A stretch of DNA of 64,000 nt from positions 1-64,000 of IMG/VR virus record IMGVR_UViG_3300008108_000016; one strand, 5' to 3'. Shown here in pieces: positions 47,003 through 56,838 of the stretch. Below the pieces are notes generated by a model. It worked only from the letters and a program-made list of their open reading frames with translations, did no database searches and had not been told where the DNA came from. Made by a program: the position numbers and the translations under genes. Each line of letters starts with the position of its first letter. Positions within the stretch are counted from its first letter, which is position 1. The DNA comes from a virus.

Positions 47003-47994
47003 TCTTCTTCTTCATTGGTGGATACATACTCATCTTTAAACTTAATTTCTCCATCTCCTCCAAGAATTTTATTCCAATAATCCGAATAATCCTTTTTATA
47101 TGAATCCAACGCTGCTTTATCATCTTTTATATATCCTTGAGGTACGGCAATTATTTTACCGTCTTTATATGAAATACCATTTACGTGATTTTTAAGAACC
47201 GATATTTTCGTTCTAATCGCATAAGACACGGTTCTACCGTTTTTAGTTGCGGTAATATGATTAATACCCGCCTTTTTCTGATTTCCAAATAGGAACACAA
47301 ATGAACACGCCAACCAAAGTGCCTCACCACCCTTTGCCTTGATTTCAGGCTGACCAAATGGGTTATCAGGTAGATCAACCCAAGGCTGATTAACAACAAC
47401 CATTGTGTTATAGTATGGATAATCTTCCTTCTTTGATTTGGCAATCCTTGAGTGAATTCCCATACCTATTTTATCCGCCAAAGCCGCGGCATTGTGTTGT
47501 TTACCACCTTTACCATCATATGTCATTTTACATGGGATAGATCCGACAGAGTCCCATAAAAATAACAAATTATAAGGTATATCCCCTTTTTCTTGAGCGT
47601 CAATCAAATCATTGATAAAATCAGTTACTTGCTCAATATAATCAAAAGAATCATTAAAAATGAACATTCCATCCCAATCACCTTCTTCTGTTTGTTCCGC
47701 TTCTAACCCTAATTCAACTGCGTGTTTCCAAGACCATTTTCTTTCAGTAATGATAAAAACAGGAAGATGACCCTTTTTTTGTGCATCTGCCGCCGCCAAA
47801 ATCATTGCGGTTGTTTTAGATGAATTTGAGTGTCCCAAAAACATATTTATACCACCCATAATAGGCCCAGGTAAACCACAAGCATCCATAAACGCTTCAC
47901 CACAATTATAATATGACTCAGGTTTGTATTTTGTTTTTGTTGAGTATTTACTCTTTATTGACTCTAACGTTATTTCTTTTTTCTTAATTGCCAT
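46999..47994 (-). CDS. recA: RecA/UvsX-like recombinase
   Basis: Variant P-loop GHSNSSKTT, ITE, WDSVG, VVNQ, KGGEAL, KNHV. Confidence 0.85.
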   Translation of the reverse strand: MAIKKKEITLESIKSKYSTKTKYKPESYYNCGEAFMDACGLPGPIMGGINMFLGHSNSSKTTAMILAAADAQKKGHLPVFIITERKWSWKHAVELGLEAEQTEEGDWDGMFIFNDSFDYIEQVTDFINDLIDAQEKGDIPYNLLFLWDSVGSIPCKMTYDGKGGKQHNAAALADKIGMGIHSRIAKSKKEDYPYYNTMVVVNQPWVDLPDNPFGQPEIKAKGGEALWLACSFVFLFGNQKKAGINHITATKNGRTVSYAIRTKISVLKNHVNGISYKDGKIIAVPQGYIKDDKAALDSYKKDYSDYWNKILGGDGEIKFKDEYVSTNEEED

Positions 47995-48019
47995 AGTTAA
48001 ATCTGTTTTTTAAAAAGAT

Positions 48020-48052
48020 AAAAAAAGGTAGTGACATTGTAAATCACTACCT
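48020..48052 (-). terminator. intrinsic terminator after SSB
   Basis: Stem aggtagtga (48026-34) / tcactacct (48044-52) followed by a U-tract on the - strand. Confidence 0.75.
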
Positions 48053-48073
48053 ACGATATAGGATATCTTTTTT

Positions 48074-48937
48074 TTAGAATGGTAACTCTTCATCTACCTC
48101 TTCATCTACTTGTGGATCAACAGATGGTTTTGACTCTGATTTTGTACCTCCAATTGATGTTTCCCCAACTTCGTCGTTTGAGTAAACGTATCCTCCTTTT
48201 TCGGAATCCCAACGTGGAGTTTCTCCTCTTGCAATTGCCTCAAGATACTCAACAGGTTTCTTTGAATAGACATCTTCCCAAGTTAATTCATCATTAACCC
48301 AAGAATCTGCAGTTTCCTTGTCTTCGTGGATTGGTGCAGGATCATCATACATTACTGTTTGGATCACAGTATAAACCGCACCTTTAGGTGTTTTCGCTTT
48401 GGTCAATTCCAAAATCAAATCACGTCCTTTATCAGAATCAGTAATATCACCTTTTGCCTTCCAAATAGGAATAATCTTATCAAGAATTCCTTCTTGTTTG
48501 TAATTGTGTTTAAAACGCCAAAATTTAACACCATCTTGCTCGTTATCACGATCAACTACTTTTACAATATAAAATTTACGAGCTTTATATTGTTTAGCAA
48601 GTTCTTTGTCGGAATCTTTTCCTGTTGACATAAGTTCCTCATAAACTTCATTAAGAGGTGAACGTTCATTGTCATTTTTTCCCGGATCATAAAACTTTTG
48701 CCATTTTCCGTCCACAAGGATCTCGTGGAACCATACTTCTTTGAACGGTGAAGATCCGTCTAATGTAGGTAGAATACGAACTCGTTTCTGACCTTGCTTT
48801 TCGCTGTCTTTAAGAATTGCCGCGAAATACTTCTTCATTCTTTCATCTTGAGACATTTTTGAGGTAGAAGATGAACTACCTTGTTTTGAGTTCTCATACT
48901 GAGCCAAAACTGAATCTAAAACATTGTTTGTCGCCAT
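48074..48937 (-). CDS. single-stranded DNA-binding protein (T4 gp32-like)
   Basis: RILP...PF...H, ITD-x-x-KGRD and an acidic tail ending in DEELPF; adjacent to RecA. Confidence 0.85.
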   Translation of the reverse strand: MATNNVLDSVLAQYENSKQGSSSSTSKMSQDERMKKYFAAILKDSEKQGQKRVRILPTLDGSSPFKEVWFHEILVDGKWQKFYDPGKNDNERSPLNEVYEELMSTGKDSDKELAKQYKARKFYIVKVVDRDNEQDGVKFWRFKHNYKQEGILDKIIPIWKAKGDITDSDKGRDLILELTKAKTPKGAVYTVIQTVMYDDPAPIHEDKETADSWVNDELTWEDVYSKKPVEYLEAIARGETPRWDSEKGGYVYSNDEVGETSIGGTKSESKPSVDPQVDEEVDEELPF

Positions 48938-48965
48938 ATATATTAAATTAAAAGTTTACGTAGAA

Positions 48966-48994
48966 AATATAACTGTATAAAAGTAAATTGTCAA
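48966..48994 (-). promoter_or_regulatory. sigma70-like early promoter TTGACA-N17-TATATT upstream of SSB
   Basis: tgtcaa at 48989-48994 and aatata at 48966-48971, 17-nt spacer. Confidence 0.75.
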
Positions 48995-49012
48995 ATAAAA
49001 AATCGTAATTAT

Positions 49013-49032
49013 GAAAGGGATTTCTCCCTTTC
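49013..49032 (-). terminator. hairpin immediately after 49037..49693 (probable terminator)
   Basis: gaaaggga-tttc-tccctttc perfect 8-bp stem, weak U tail. Confidence 0.55.
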
Positions 49033-49036
49033 GTTA

Positions 49037-49693
49037 TTACGGCATCATATCTTCGTCATCATAAGTATCAAAAGTTGTTTTAATTTCTTTTGGTGAAAAA
49101 TCTTCAACCTCATCAGTAGTTAAAACATATTCATTTTTTCCAGATTTTTCCATGTCTTCCATTTTGTCATCAAAAAAATCTGATAATTTTTGATTAAATG
49201 GACCTGAATCCAAACTTCTCAATTCCAATTTTTCTTCAGGTGTTTTAGGTCTATATTTTTCAACTTTTTGTTCAAGTGAATTGATTGCCCCAACCAACTT
49301 ATCCATCTCACCCAATCTACTCTCAAGATTTTCTAATTGACTAAATAATTGATTAAAATATTCTTCTTGTTTTTGTTCAAGATTTTTTTGAGAATCAACT
49401 AAATCAGTTATTTCAAGTTCCTCTTTATCCTCTTCTTCTTTACCAACTTCTTCAACGTCAGGATCTGTTGCAACATCAATAGGTTGTGGTGTTTCAGCTG
49501 CCGGTGGTTCTGGTGCTGGAGGAACTGCCCCTTCAGGTGCGGGAGCTTCTCCTACGGGTGGAGCTCCAAGATCAGGTGCCGGAACTTCTCCGGTAGGTGG
49601 TGGTGGTAATTCACCAGCTTCTTGTTCTAAAATGTAGTTATTAATTGAATTGTGTCTTCTAATTTCTTCAATTATTCTATCGTCTATTTTCAT
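49037..49693 (-). CDS. acidic, Pro-rich coiled-coil protein (candidate scaffold / internal head protein)
   Basis: IIEEIRR...ILEQ N-terminus, Pro/Ala/Glu linker, heptad region. Confidence 0.6.
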   Translation of the reverse strand: MKIDDRIIEEIRRHNSINNYILEQEAGELPPPPTGEVPAPDLGAPPVGEAPAPEGAVPPAPEPPAAETPQPIDVATDPDVEEVGKEEEDKEELEITDLVDSQKNLEQKQEEYFNQLFSQLENLESRLGEMDKLVGAINSLEQKVEKYRPKTPEEKLELRSLDSGPFNQKLSDFFDDKMEDMEKSGKNEYVLTTDEVEDFSPKEIKTTFDTYDDEDMMP

Positions 49694-49696
49694 TTC

Positions 49697-49921
49697 TTAA
49701 CCATTTAAAAGTTGTTTAATACCTGACTTGGTTTCTACTTGTATTTTTTTATTTGTATTCATTGTATTATCAACTCTTTCAATTAGACCATCTTTCATTC
49801 TAACTGTATAACAATCTCCTGTGTCCAAATCACACACTTCTTTAAATCCGTTACCGGCATCTTTCTCTGATATTCTTGTGTTCTTACCAAGATAATTATC
49901 TAAAATAAATTTTACGCTCAT
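49697..49921 (-). CDS. small hypothetical late protein
   Basis: 74-aa ORF with TATTTAT upstream. Confidence 0.7.
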   Translation of the reverse strand: MSVKFILDNYLGKNTRISEKDAGNGFKEVCDLDTGDCYTVRMKDGLIERVDNTMNTNKKIQVETKSGIKQLLNG

Positions 49922-49970
49922 AATTATTGTTTTATTATAAATATCATTAATTACAGAAAAATTTACTTTT

Positions 49971-52900
49971 TTAACTTATCAATTGTATATACTCTTTATA
50001 CGCAGATTCAAATATATTTTCAATCGTAGACTTATCTTGTTCAATTAATTTATCAAACAGATCTGCATTCTCTTTAGATGGGTAATTATCCATATAGAAT
50101 TTTGTTAAACCTTGAGAATAGTAAACATCATTATTATTAAAATTAATACCATTTATTGATGTTATATATTTTGAGATCATAAATCTTACGTACGATTCAA
50201 ACGTATTAAAAGTTGCTATCGGTAAATTCTCACTCGCTTGACAAAAATATTTAGATGTCATTATATTATCTAAACCTTCACCAAATGGTTTTGTTAATGG
50301 TATTAAAGAATAATTGTTTCCATAAGTTTCAAATTTTTCAACAGGACTTAACATTAATGTCATTATACCGTAAATGAATCCTCCAACTTTTTTAGCCTCA
50401 TTTTCCGGAATTTTAAATTCTGTATTCATGATATTAGTAATTGTTTGAGCCGCAGTTTTCTTATTAATATTGGTTTTTGTAATATTCTCATCAACCGTAT
50501 AATTTTTATATGCCTCAGCCAAATATGTAGAACAATTCTGATTTGAAGATAAAGTTGCATTATTGGTTCTTTTTGCATCATTGACTTTACCGCTTGTTTG
50601 TGATATTGTATTCAATTGATTTTTTTGAGATTCTCTATCTTTTTCTGTAATTTGTTCTTGTATGTTCTTTAAAATATTTGTTGTTAACGATTGGATATAT
50701 GTCTCTATTTTAGGGATACTATAGAATGGTTGTCTTTGACCTTCAAATGTCGTATCAAACCCATTTTCAGATATTCTATGTGTTACTTTTGTGATCATAT
50801 AAGGCCCACTGAACATAGGAACGTTTCTTAAATTAAAATACATTGTTGGTTGTATAAGAGCATTACCCATCATATCAATAGAACACTTATAACTCCTATT
50901 CTTATATACATTATATAAGGAAACACTTTGTGAATAACCCGCTCTGTTTCTAGATAAATTAGCCATTTGATTTAACACCTCCAAAGATTCTGCGGTTGGT
51001 TGACCAGGATCTTGTGATATATCAAACTGCTTAAATATCTGTTGATTTTGAGGCCCAATATCAACATTAAATCCAACAACTTTGTTTGATTTATCCCAAT
51101 TTGTCTTATTTGTTAAATTTTCTAAAAGAGGATTATCAGAAGATCTTCTCAAATCAAATGCATCGTCTCTATATCTATAATCAACATTCTCATTCAAATT
51201 TAAATGCTGACTTGGTTTCCAAGCGTAGATACATAAAAACTTTGGTGATGTTTCTCTATAATCAACATTTAAAAATGTTCCGAATAAAGAATTTGCAAAT
51301 TCTAAAGTTCCTTCAGGTTTTGGTGTTGGGTTTTTACTTACATCTCTAACATTATAAAAATTAGCGTATGCCGGTAATGAAAAACTAACAAAGTTATTTT
51401 CTGTTAAAATTGTATTAACAATACTTAAAAGACTATTTTTATAATCAGAAGATTCAATCAAGTTTTTTAACTTGAAGACATCCACATATACTTGTTGACC
51501 AACGTCTCTACTTGCTCTATCCACAATTAAAACATCTTCAAATAATGTTTTAGTTTTAAAATCTCCACCAGAAATCCATTTATCATTTATTGATTTAAAT
51601 AATTCCCAAGTTTCATATCTTGTTTGTTCACCCTCAACTCTATCCGCTCTTACATTATTATTTACAGGACTAACATTAACTGAAGGTAATTTTTTCCTTA
51701 AGTTTGTTAATTCAATGTTTAATAGAGTATTAATGTATGTTGTATTTTTATTTAAATAATCATTCATTAAACCATAAAATTCGGTAGGTGTTATATTTGG
51801 GTTTTTAAGTTTTTGAGTTGCATATATTTTAACTATTGGAGCAAATGTCTTTACACTTGTTTCAGTAAACTCAACATTCATATCCACAAAGAAATCCGTA
51901 ATATAAGATCCATTATCCGTATACGCCAATTCAGGTATTTCAGAGAACCCAACATACGTTTCCAAATCTCTCCAAGTTTGTGGATTCTGAGTTTTAGATT
52001 GAGCAAGAGTTAATGATCCCCCTGCGGTTGGTAAACTATTTGGTGATCCTTGGAAATATCCCTGATATGTGTATGGATCCTCAATATATTGAGTTGAGAA
52101 TGTATAAAACAATTTTCTATCAAAAAATGATGGGTTTCCATGTTTAACAGTAACTTTATACTCCATAAAATTACTAATATATTTTGAGAAATTTGATATT
52201 TGTAATTCTTGTATTTCATCAATAATAACATCACCATTTAATACATTACCAACAGGTTTTGTTAATTTCATAACTTGTCTCATCAAAGCTTGGAAATTTT
52301 GTTCTACTTTATATGAGGTTGGGTCTACAGGTGAAGTTTCAGGTAATGTATTTGTAAAATCATATACAGATCTACTAAAGTTCAAAAATTCAGTTTCTAA
52401 TATGTCTAATATTTCTTTATCAAAAGTAGTAAACATTTCACTTATTGAAGTGTAATCATCTGATGCTCCATTTATTGAAAAACTTTGTTGTTGTGATTCA
52501 TTGTTAAAAATCTGTTTTAAATATTTTTCAGGAGTTGGTTTTGTTAGTTTACCATTATCAAAATATCCATAATTTGGTGCTTTCCAAAATAATCTAACGG
52601 ATCCATTATACATCGCAGGATTATCTTTAACTTCGGTAAATAATTCACCATTTGTTTTAAAACATTCATCATTTGTTTGATTTACTCTTGATCCAAATGA
52701 TGGTAAAGGATAAACACCAGTTCCATCTGAGGTTTCAATATAACAACTCCAAGGTGTTATTTGTAAAGATCTATTTGGATTTCCATTATCAAAACCTGCG
52801 GATTTAACAATATTTGATGTTGTTGTTTTTTTAACATATAGTCCATTATTAATCGCATCTTGTATTGATGAACTTGTATATCCCGCAACAGAATAATTTG

Positions 52901-55900
52901 TCACAATAAACCCAATTGGTGAGGTAATGTCCTGCGGAAAGTTAACGGTATAAGTACCAACACCACCTAAAGTACCATTTATTTGATTTATAATTGTTGT
53001 CCCTAATAACACACTATCACCACTTAATACTAATCCAGGGAATAGGTCATTACTTGAAACTGATAATACCTCTAATGTAGTTCCTGATATTGTACAAGTT
53101 CCATTTATTTGTGCCACAGAACTGAAAGCTCTAACTCCCTGATAGAAGACATTAAAATCGTCAATAACTTTTGGATAGAATCCCGTATTAATATATGTTT
53201 GTGTTAATGATCCACTTACGATATCATCTTGTAATATCATATTATATGGATTACCATCAATTTGTAATTGGTAATTTGTTGTACTTGCACTTGTTAAAGG
53301 ATCAAAATTATCCAAATAATTAAAATCACCCCAAACCTCATCTAAAAAGTCTACACCATTATTTATCCAATTTTTGTATCTATGCCATATACCACCATAT
53401 TTTAATACCCAAGCATATGGTAATTTATGAATCGCACCATACTTCTTAATTGTAGAAACAATATAATCTAAATCATTTGAGCTTTGATTTTCATTATATT
53501 CTTTATATTTTTCTCTTAAAGTTCCAAGCGGTAAACTATTCAAAAATAAATAAGCCGCTGATTTATATGGATAAAGATCATTTAAATTATACCTGTAATT
53601 ATAAACACCTTTTTGAATTGCATTTATAAAATATGGCGTATTCAACATTGAGGTCGTTTGATTTTCCACTAATTTGTTTGTGTAATCAAAATAGTTAACA
53701 TTACCTTCAGTTATATATTGATCTTTTATTTCTCTGTTCTCATAAAAAGATTCTAGATTTGTTAAATCAAGTGTTTGGGTAAAAACATTACTATTACTCT
53801 TATAACAAAAAGATGTTACCGGTTGTTTGTCTTTACCATTTTGAATAAAATTTGTTATTATTTTATGTGTATTATTGTATTCTAAAACCTGAGTCGTTTT
53901 AAATACTTGTTCAGCATTTTGGATCTGATTAGCATCTGCCAAATAATTATTTACCCAACCCAAATTTGTTATTGGATATAGATCAGTAAAATCATAGTTT
54001 TCAACTATATTTGAATCTCCAAAATATTTCTCAACCTGTTCAGTATTTTTTAGTGATGCTAATGGTTGAGATTTATCGTTATCAAATATATCTTGATTTA
54101 TTAATAAAAAGGGTGTATTAACATCATTTTTGATATATGGAGTATTAAACTCACCTCTAATATAATTTTGCCAAGAATCTCCAGATCCACCATTAGAAAT
54201 ATGCTTTAAGAAACCAACATAGTTAGAAGAATTTAAATCATACTCCTTAAGTTTTTTAGTTAAGAAAGGATTATCGCTCCCCAAAGCATTAATCATATTT
54301 AATACTTCCGATTCAGAATAAAATTCTGTCATATTATATAGGACATTTGAATCTCTCCCTAATTTACTATATAACGCATTTAATAGTAATCTTTCATATA
54401 TTTCATAGAAAAATTTAACTTCTTCCGTATTTTGATAAACTTCATTATCTATAGGGAATTCAATAGCATTAAAACTCAATCTATTTGGTTTTGTTTGAGC
54501 GTTTGATAATGTTTGTGGAAATTGTGGTGGAACCTCTCTTTCAATTGTTGCCTTCAAAAACTCTTCCACAAATTGGACTTCAGGCCATATTTCAGGTGAG
54601 TACGCCCTAATTTTAGCGGCAATAGAACTATTGCCAGGATAAACTAACTCATATTTATCTCCGTTATCTTTTAAATTGTTTTCAATAATTAATTGAGGCC
54701 AAGGATAAATTGGTGTATCTAACACTCCAATGTCTTTAATGTCAACACTATTAACCGTTGATGAGTTTGAATATATCGCCTGTTTACGATATATGTCATC
54801 CCTCAAGTCCCAAGCCTTTGTATGAACCTCATCCATTAATCTTAAAAACGCTTCACCTTGAGCAAAGAATACCGCAAGTACATTTCTTACAGTTGGTGTA
54901 AATCCTAATCCACCATCTTTAACGCTTTTTGATATTTGATTAGTAAGATCTTTTGTTAAACCTTCCTCTACCGATTGTTTATTTTTCTGATAATTTTCAG
55001 CAATAGTTGATGTTTTATCTAAAAAAGAATTTTTACCTTCAAAATAAAATTTAGGCCCATCATTAAACTGAGTGTTTAAGTAAGAAATAAATTGAGTATT
55101 TCCAGTTCCAGGTAGTTCTTTATTATTGTTCCTTTGAGAATATGTTCTTTTTTCATCAATATCATTGATTGTAAAATTAGAATAAAAAGTACTATTCTCA
55201 ATTTTATTTATATCTAAACTTATGTTAACGGGTATACTATTTGGTTTTCCATCACCCAAAGTATTATTACCTCTTAAACCTGAATTAAATTTTTTAACAA
55301 CACCAGAAAGTTCTGTTAATGCCGTTTGTCTTGCTTGTGGGTTATTATATTCTTTTTTAAATTGATAAATAACATACCCATTTTTTTGATTTGTTTGTGG
55401 TTTTGTTACAAATGGATTTTGGAAATCTAAATATTTTCTTGCCCATCCTCCGTCCGAGTCAGAATAATAATAAACATAACCTTCATATTGTCTTAATACT
55501 TCAGCGTAATCTTTAAGATCATTTAAGACATTTAGATTTGTTTTTGAGTATTTGTCAATGATACTGGTTAATACTTTGTTTAAATTCACCTTTAACTCTT
55601 GTATTGTTAATTCAGGGAAATTATCATCAATTAATCCTTTTGCCTTATATTCAGCATATAATTCTTTTATTTTAGAATACCCTCTACTAGACCAAGATTT
55701 TGTAACGGTACTATTTTTAGGTCCATTACCTGTTGAACTTTGATCTGTTATTGTAACACTTGATTGATACATTAATGGTGTTGCCCACATCGCTCTCCAA
55801 TTAATGTCGGACATTATTGTATATTTGTACGTATAAAGTTTTAAAGTTACTCTAAAATTGTGAGTCCCAGGATCAAAACTTGCGTTAAAACTCTGCAACA

Positions 55901-56525
55901 TTAATGGAAGTTTTATTGCCTTACCTAAATAACCTTTTAATGTAAGATAGAATAATGGATATGGTAGTTGGAAGAATGCGGCGTATGGTGAGTTATTACC
56001 TCCTTCAAATAAAGCCCTACCTTTTACATCTTCCAAGACAATGTCAATTACAGGTAAAAAGTCTAAACCATAAGATATGTTAATATTTGTTATACCTAAT
56101 AATCCAGTATCTATAGACCCAACATTACCATTTGATAGTGTTGTCTGTCTAAAAAAATAATCATTATCTTTACCTTCTATTGGAATTTGATCTATTCTTT
56201 GTTGATTGATCCCTTTACCAATTAATGTATCTTTACCTGTTATCTCATCAGACCAATCAGTATTTAAAAATTTATTTCCACCCGGATTTAAAAAATTAAT
56301 TTTACCAACAGATATTGTTCTTACACTATCTTCTAAAGGAACCCCAAGAGCCAATTTAGTTCTTGGTAAAACCGAGCATTCCAAATTAGCGTAAAAAACA
56401 AGATTTTCTTGATTTATAAGTCTTTCCTTTGCATTACCATTCTCATCAATAATCTTGTTTGGATCAATTACAGATATGTTTTGGTAATCAAATTCTACTA
56501 ATATATTTTCTCCGTTATCTACCAT
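49971..56525 (-). CDS. giant baseplate hub protein (T4 gp27 / P2 gpD-like termini)
   Basis: N-terminal GITNINI...L-x-DVKG...KGYLGK and C-terminal C-x-I-x-MMGNALIQP...SGPY-x-ITKV-x-H-x-I...F-x-T-x-F-x-G; follows the LysM gene. Confidence 0.6.
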   Translation of the reverse strand: MVDNGENILVEFDYQNISVIDPNKIIDENGNAKERLINQENLVFYANLECSVLPRTKLALGVPLEDSVRTISVGKINFLNPGGNKFLNTDWSDEITGKDTLIGKGINQQRIDQIPIEGKDNDYFFRQTTLSNGNVGSIDTGLLGITNINISYGLDFLPVIDIVLEDVKGRALFEGGNNSPYAAFFQLPYPLFYLTLKGYLGKAIKLPLMLQSFNASFDPGTHNFRVTLKLYTYKYTIMSDINWRAMWATPLMYQSSVTITDQSSTGNGPKNSTVTKSWSSRGYSKIKELYAEYKAKGLIDDNFPELTIQELKVNLNKVLTSIIDKYSKTNLNVLNDLKDYAEVLRQYEGYVYYYSDSDGGWARKYLDFQNPFVTKPQTNQKNGYVIYQFKKEYNNPQARQTALTELSGVVKKFNSGLRGNNTLGDGKPNSIPVNISLDINKIENSTFYSNFTINDIDEKRTYSQRNNNKELPGTGNTQFISYLNTQFNDGPKFYFEGKNSFLDKTSTIAENYQKNKQSVEEGLTKDLTNQISKSVKDGGLGFTPTVRNVLAVFFAQGEAFLRLMDEVHTKAWDLRDDIYRKQAIYSNSSTVNSVDIKDIGVLDTPIYPWPQLIIENNLKDNGDKYELVYPGNSSIAAKIRAYSPEIWPEVQFVEEFLKATIEREVPPQFPQTLSNAQTKPNRLSFNAIEFPIDNEVYQNTEEVKFFYEIYERLLLNALYSKLGRDSNVLYNMTEFYSESEVLNMINALGSDNPFLTKKLKEYDLNSSNYVGFLKHISNGGSGDSWQNYIRGEFNTPYIKNDVNTPFLLINQDIFDNDKSQPLASLKNTEQVEKYFGDSNIVENYDFTDLYPITNLGWVNNYLADANQIQNAEQVFKTTQVLEYNNTHKIITNFIQNGKDKQPVTSFCYKSNSNVFTQTLDLTNLESFYENREIKDQYITEGNVNYFDYTNKLVENQTTSMLNTPYFINAIQKGVYNYRYNLNDLYPYKSAAYLFLNSLPLGTLREKYKEYNENQSSNDLDYIVSTIKKYGAIHKLPYAWVLKYGGIWHRYKNWINNGVDFLDEVWGDFNYLDNFDPLTSASTTNYQLQIDGNPYNMILQDDIVSGSLTQTYINTGFYPKVIDDFNVFYQGVRAFSSVAQINGTCTISGTTLEVLSVSSNDLFPGLVLSGDSVLLGTTIINQINGTLGGVGTYTVNFPQDITSPIGFIVTNYSVAGYTSSSIQDAINNGLYVKKTTTSNIVKSAGFDNGNPNRSLQITPWSCYIETSDGTGVYPLPSFGSRVNQTNDECFKTNGELFTEVKDNPAMYNGSVRLFWKAPNYGYFDNGKLTKPTPEKYLKQIFNNESQQQSFSINGASDDYTSISEMFTTFDKEILDILETEFLNFSRSVYDFTNTLPETSPVDPTSYKVEQNFQALMRQVMKLTKPVGNVLNGDVIIDEIQELQISNFSKYISNFMEYKVTVKHGNPSFFDRKLFYTFSTQYIEDPYTYQGYFQGSPNSLPTAGGSLTLAQSKTQNPQTWRDLETYVGFSEIPELAYTDNGSYITDFFVDMNVEFTETSVKTFAPIVKIYATQKLKNPNITPTEFYGLMNDYLNKNTTYINTLLNIELTNLRKKLPSVNVSPVNNNVRADRVEGEQTRYETWELFKSINDKWISGGDFKTKTLFEDVLIVDRASRDVGQQVYVDVFKLKNLIESSDYKNSLLSIVNTILTENNFVSFSLPAYANFYNVRDVSKNPTPKPEGTLEFANSLFGTFLNVDYRETSPKFLCIYAWKPSQHLNLNENVDYRYRDDAFDLRRSSDNPLLENLTNKTNWDKSNKVVGFNVDIGPQNQQIFKQFDISQDPGQPTAESLEVLNQMANLSRNRAGYSQSVSLYNVYKNRSYKCSIDMMGNALIQPTMYFNLRNVPMFSGPYMITKVTHRISENGFDTTFEGQRQPFYSIPKIETYIQSLTTNILKNIQEQITEKDRESQKNQLNTISQTSGKVNDAKRTNNATLSSNQNCSTYLAEAYKNYTVDENITKTNINKKTAAQTITNIMNTEFKIPENEAKKVGGFIYGIMTLMLSPVEKFETYGNNYSLIPLTKPFGEGLDNIMTSKYFCQASENLPIATFNTFESYVRFMISKYITSINGINFNNNDVYYSQGLTKFYMDNYPSKENADLFDKLIEQDKSTIENIFESAYKEYIQLIS

Positions 56526-56838
56526 AATAGAAGAAGTGGTTATCTAATGTTGTTTTATAGTCTTGTAAAGAACCTAATAAAGGAAAAGGAATTGTCAATA
56601 CCGCACCATCGGGTATATTAAATTCAAGTCCAGTGTATTGAGGGTTTGCCAACATTATTAACCAACCAAAAAATGGTGAACCATAATATTGTTGTGAAAC
56701 CTTATCTAATCTTGATATACCAACTTTATAAATATAGTTCTTGTCTGATGATTTTTTTGGTAAATTAACATACGGGACAACAGTCTGTTCTCCATTTAAA
56801 ATAAATTGACTATATCTATTATAATACTGTAGTGCCAT
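56515..56838 (-). CDS. LysM-like baseplate protein (T4 gp53 / P2 gpX-like)
   Basis: RLDKVSQQYYG-x-P-x-x-GWLI-x-x-ANP...IPDG-x-x-L-x-IP. Confidence 0.8.
   Translation of the reverse strand: MALQYYNRYSQFILNGEQTVVPYVNLPKKSSDKNYIYKVGISRLDKVSQQYYGSPFFGWLIMLANPQYTGLEFNIPDGAVLTIPFPLLGSLQDYKTTLDNHFFYYGR

Noticed and set aside
42215-47994. Inteins, introns or homing endonucleases in RNR, helicase or RecA
   Set aside because: Protein lengths are ordinary with contiguous motifs, and no LAGLIDADG, HNH or intein splice motifs were seen.
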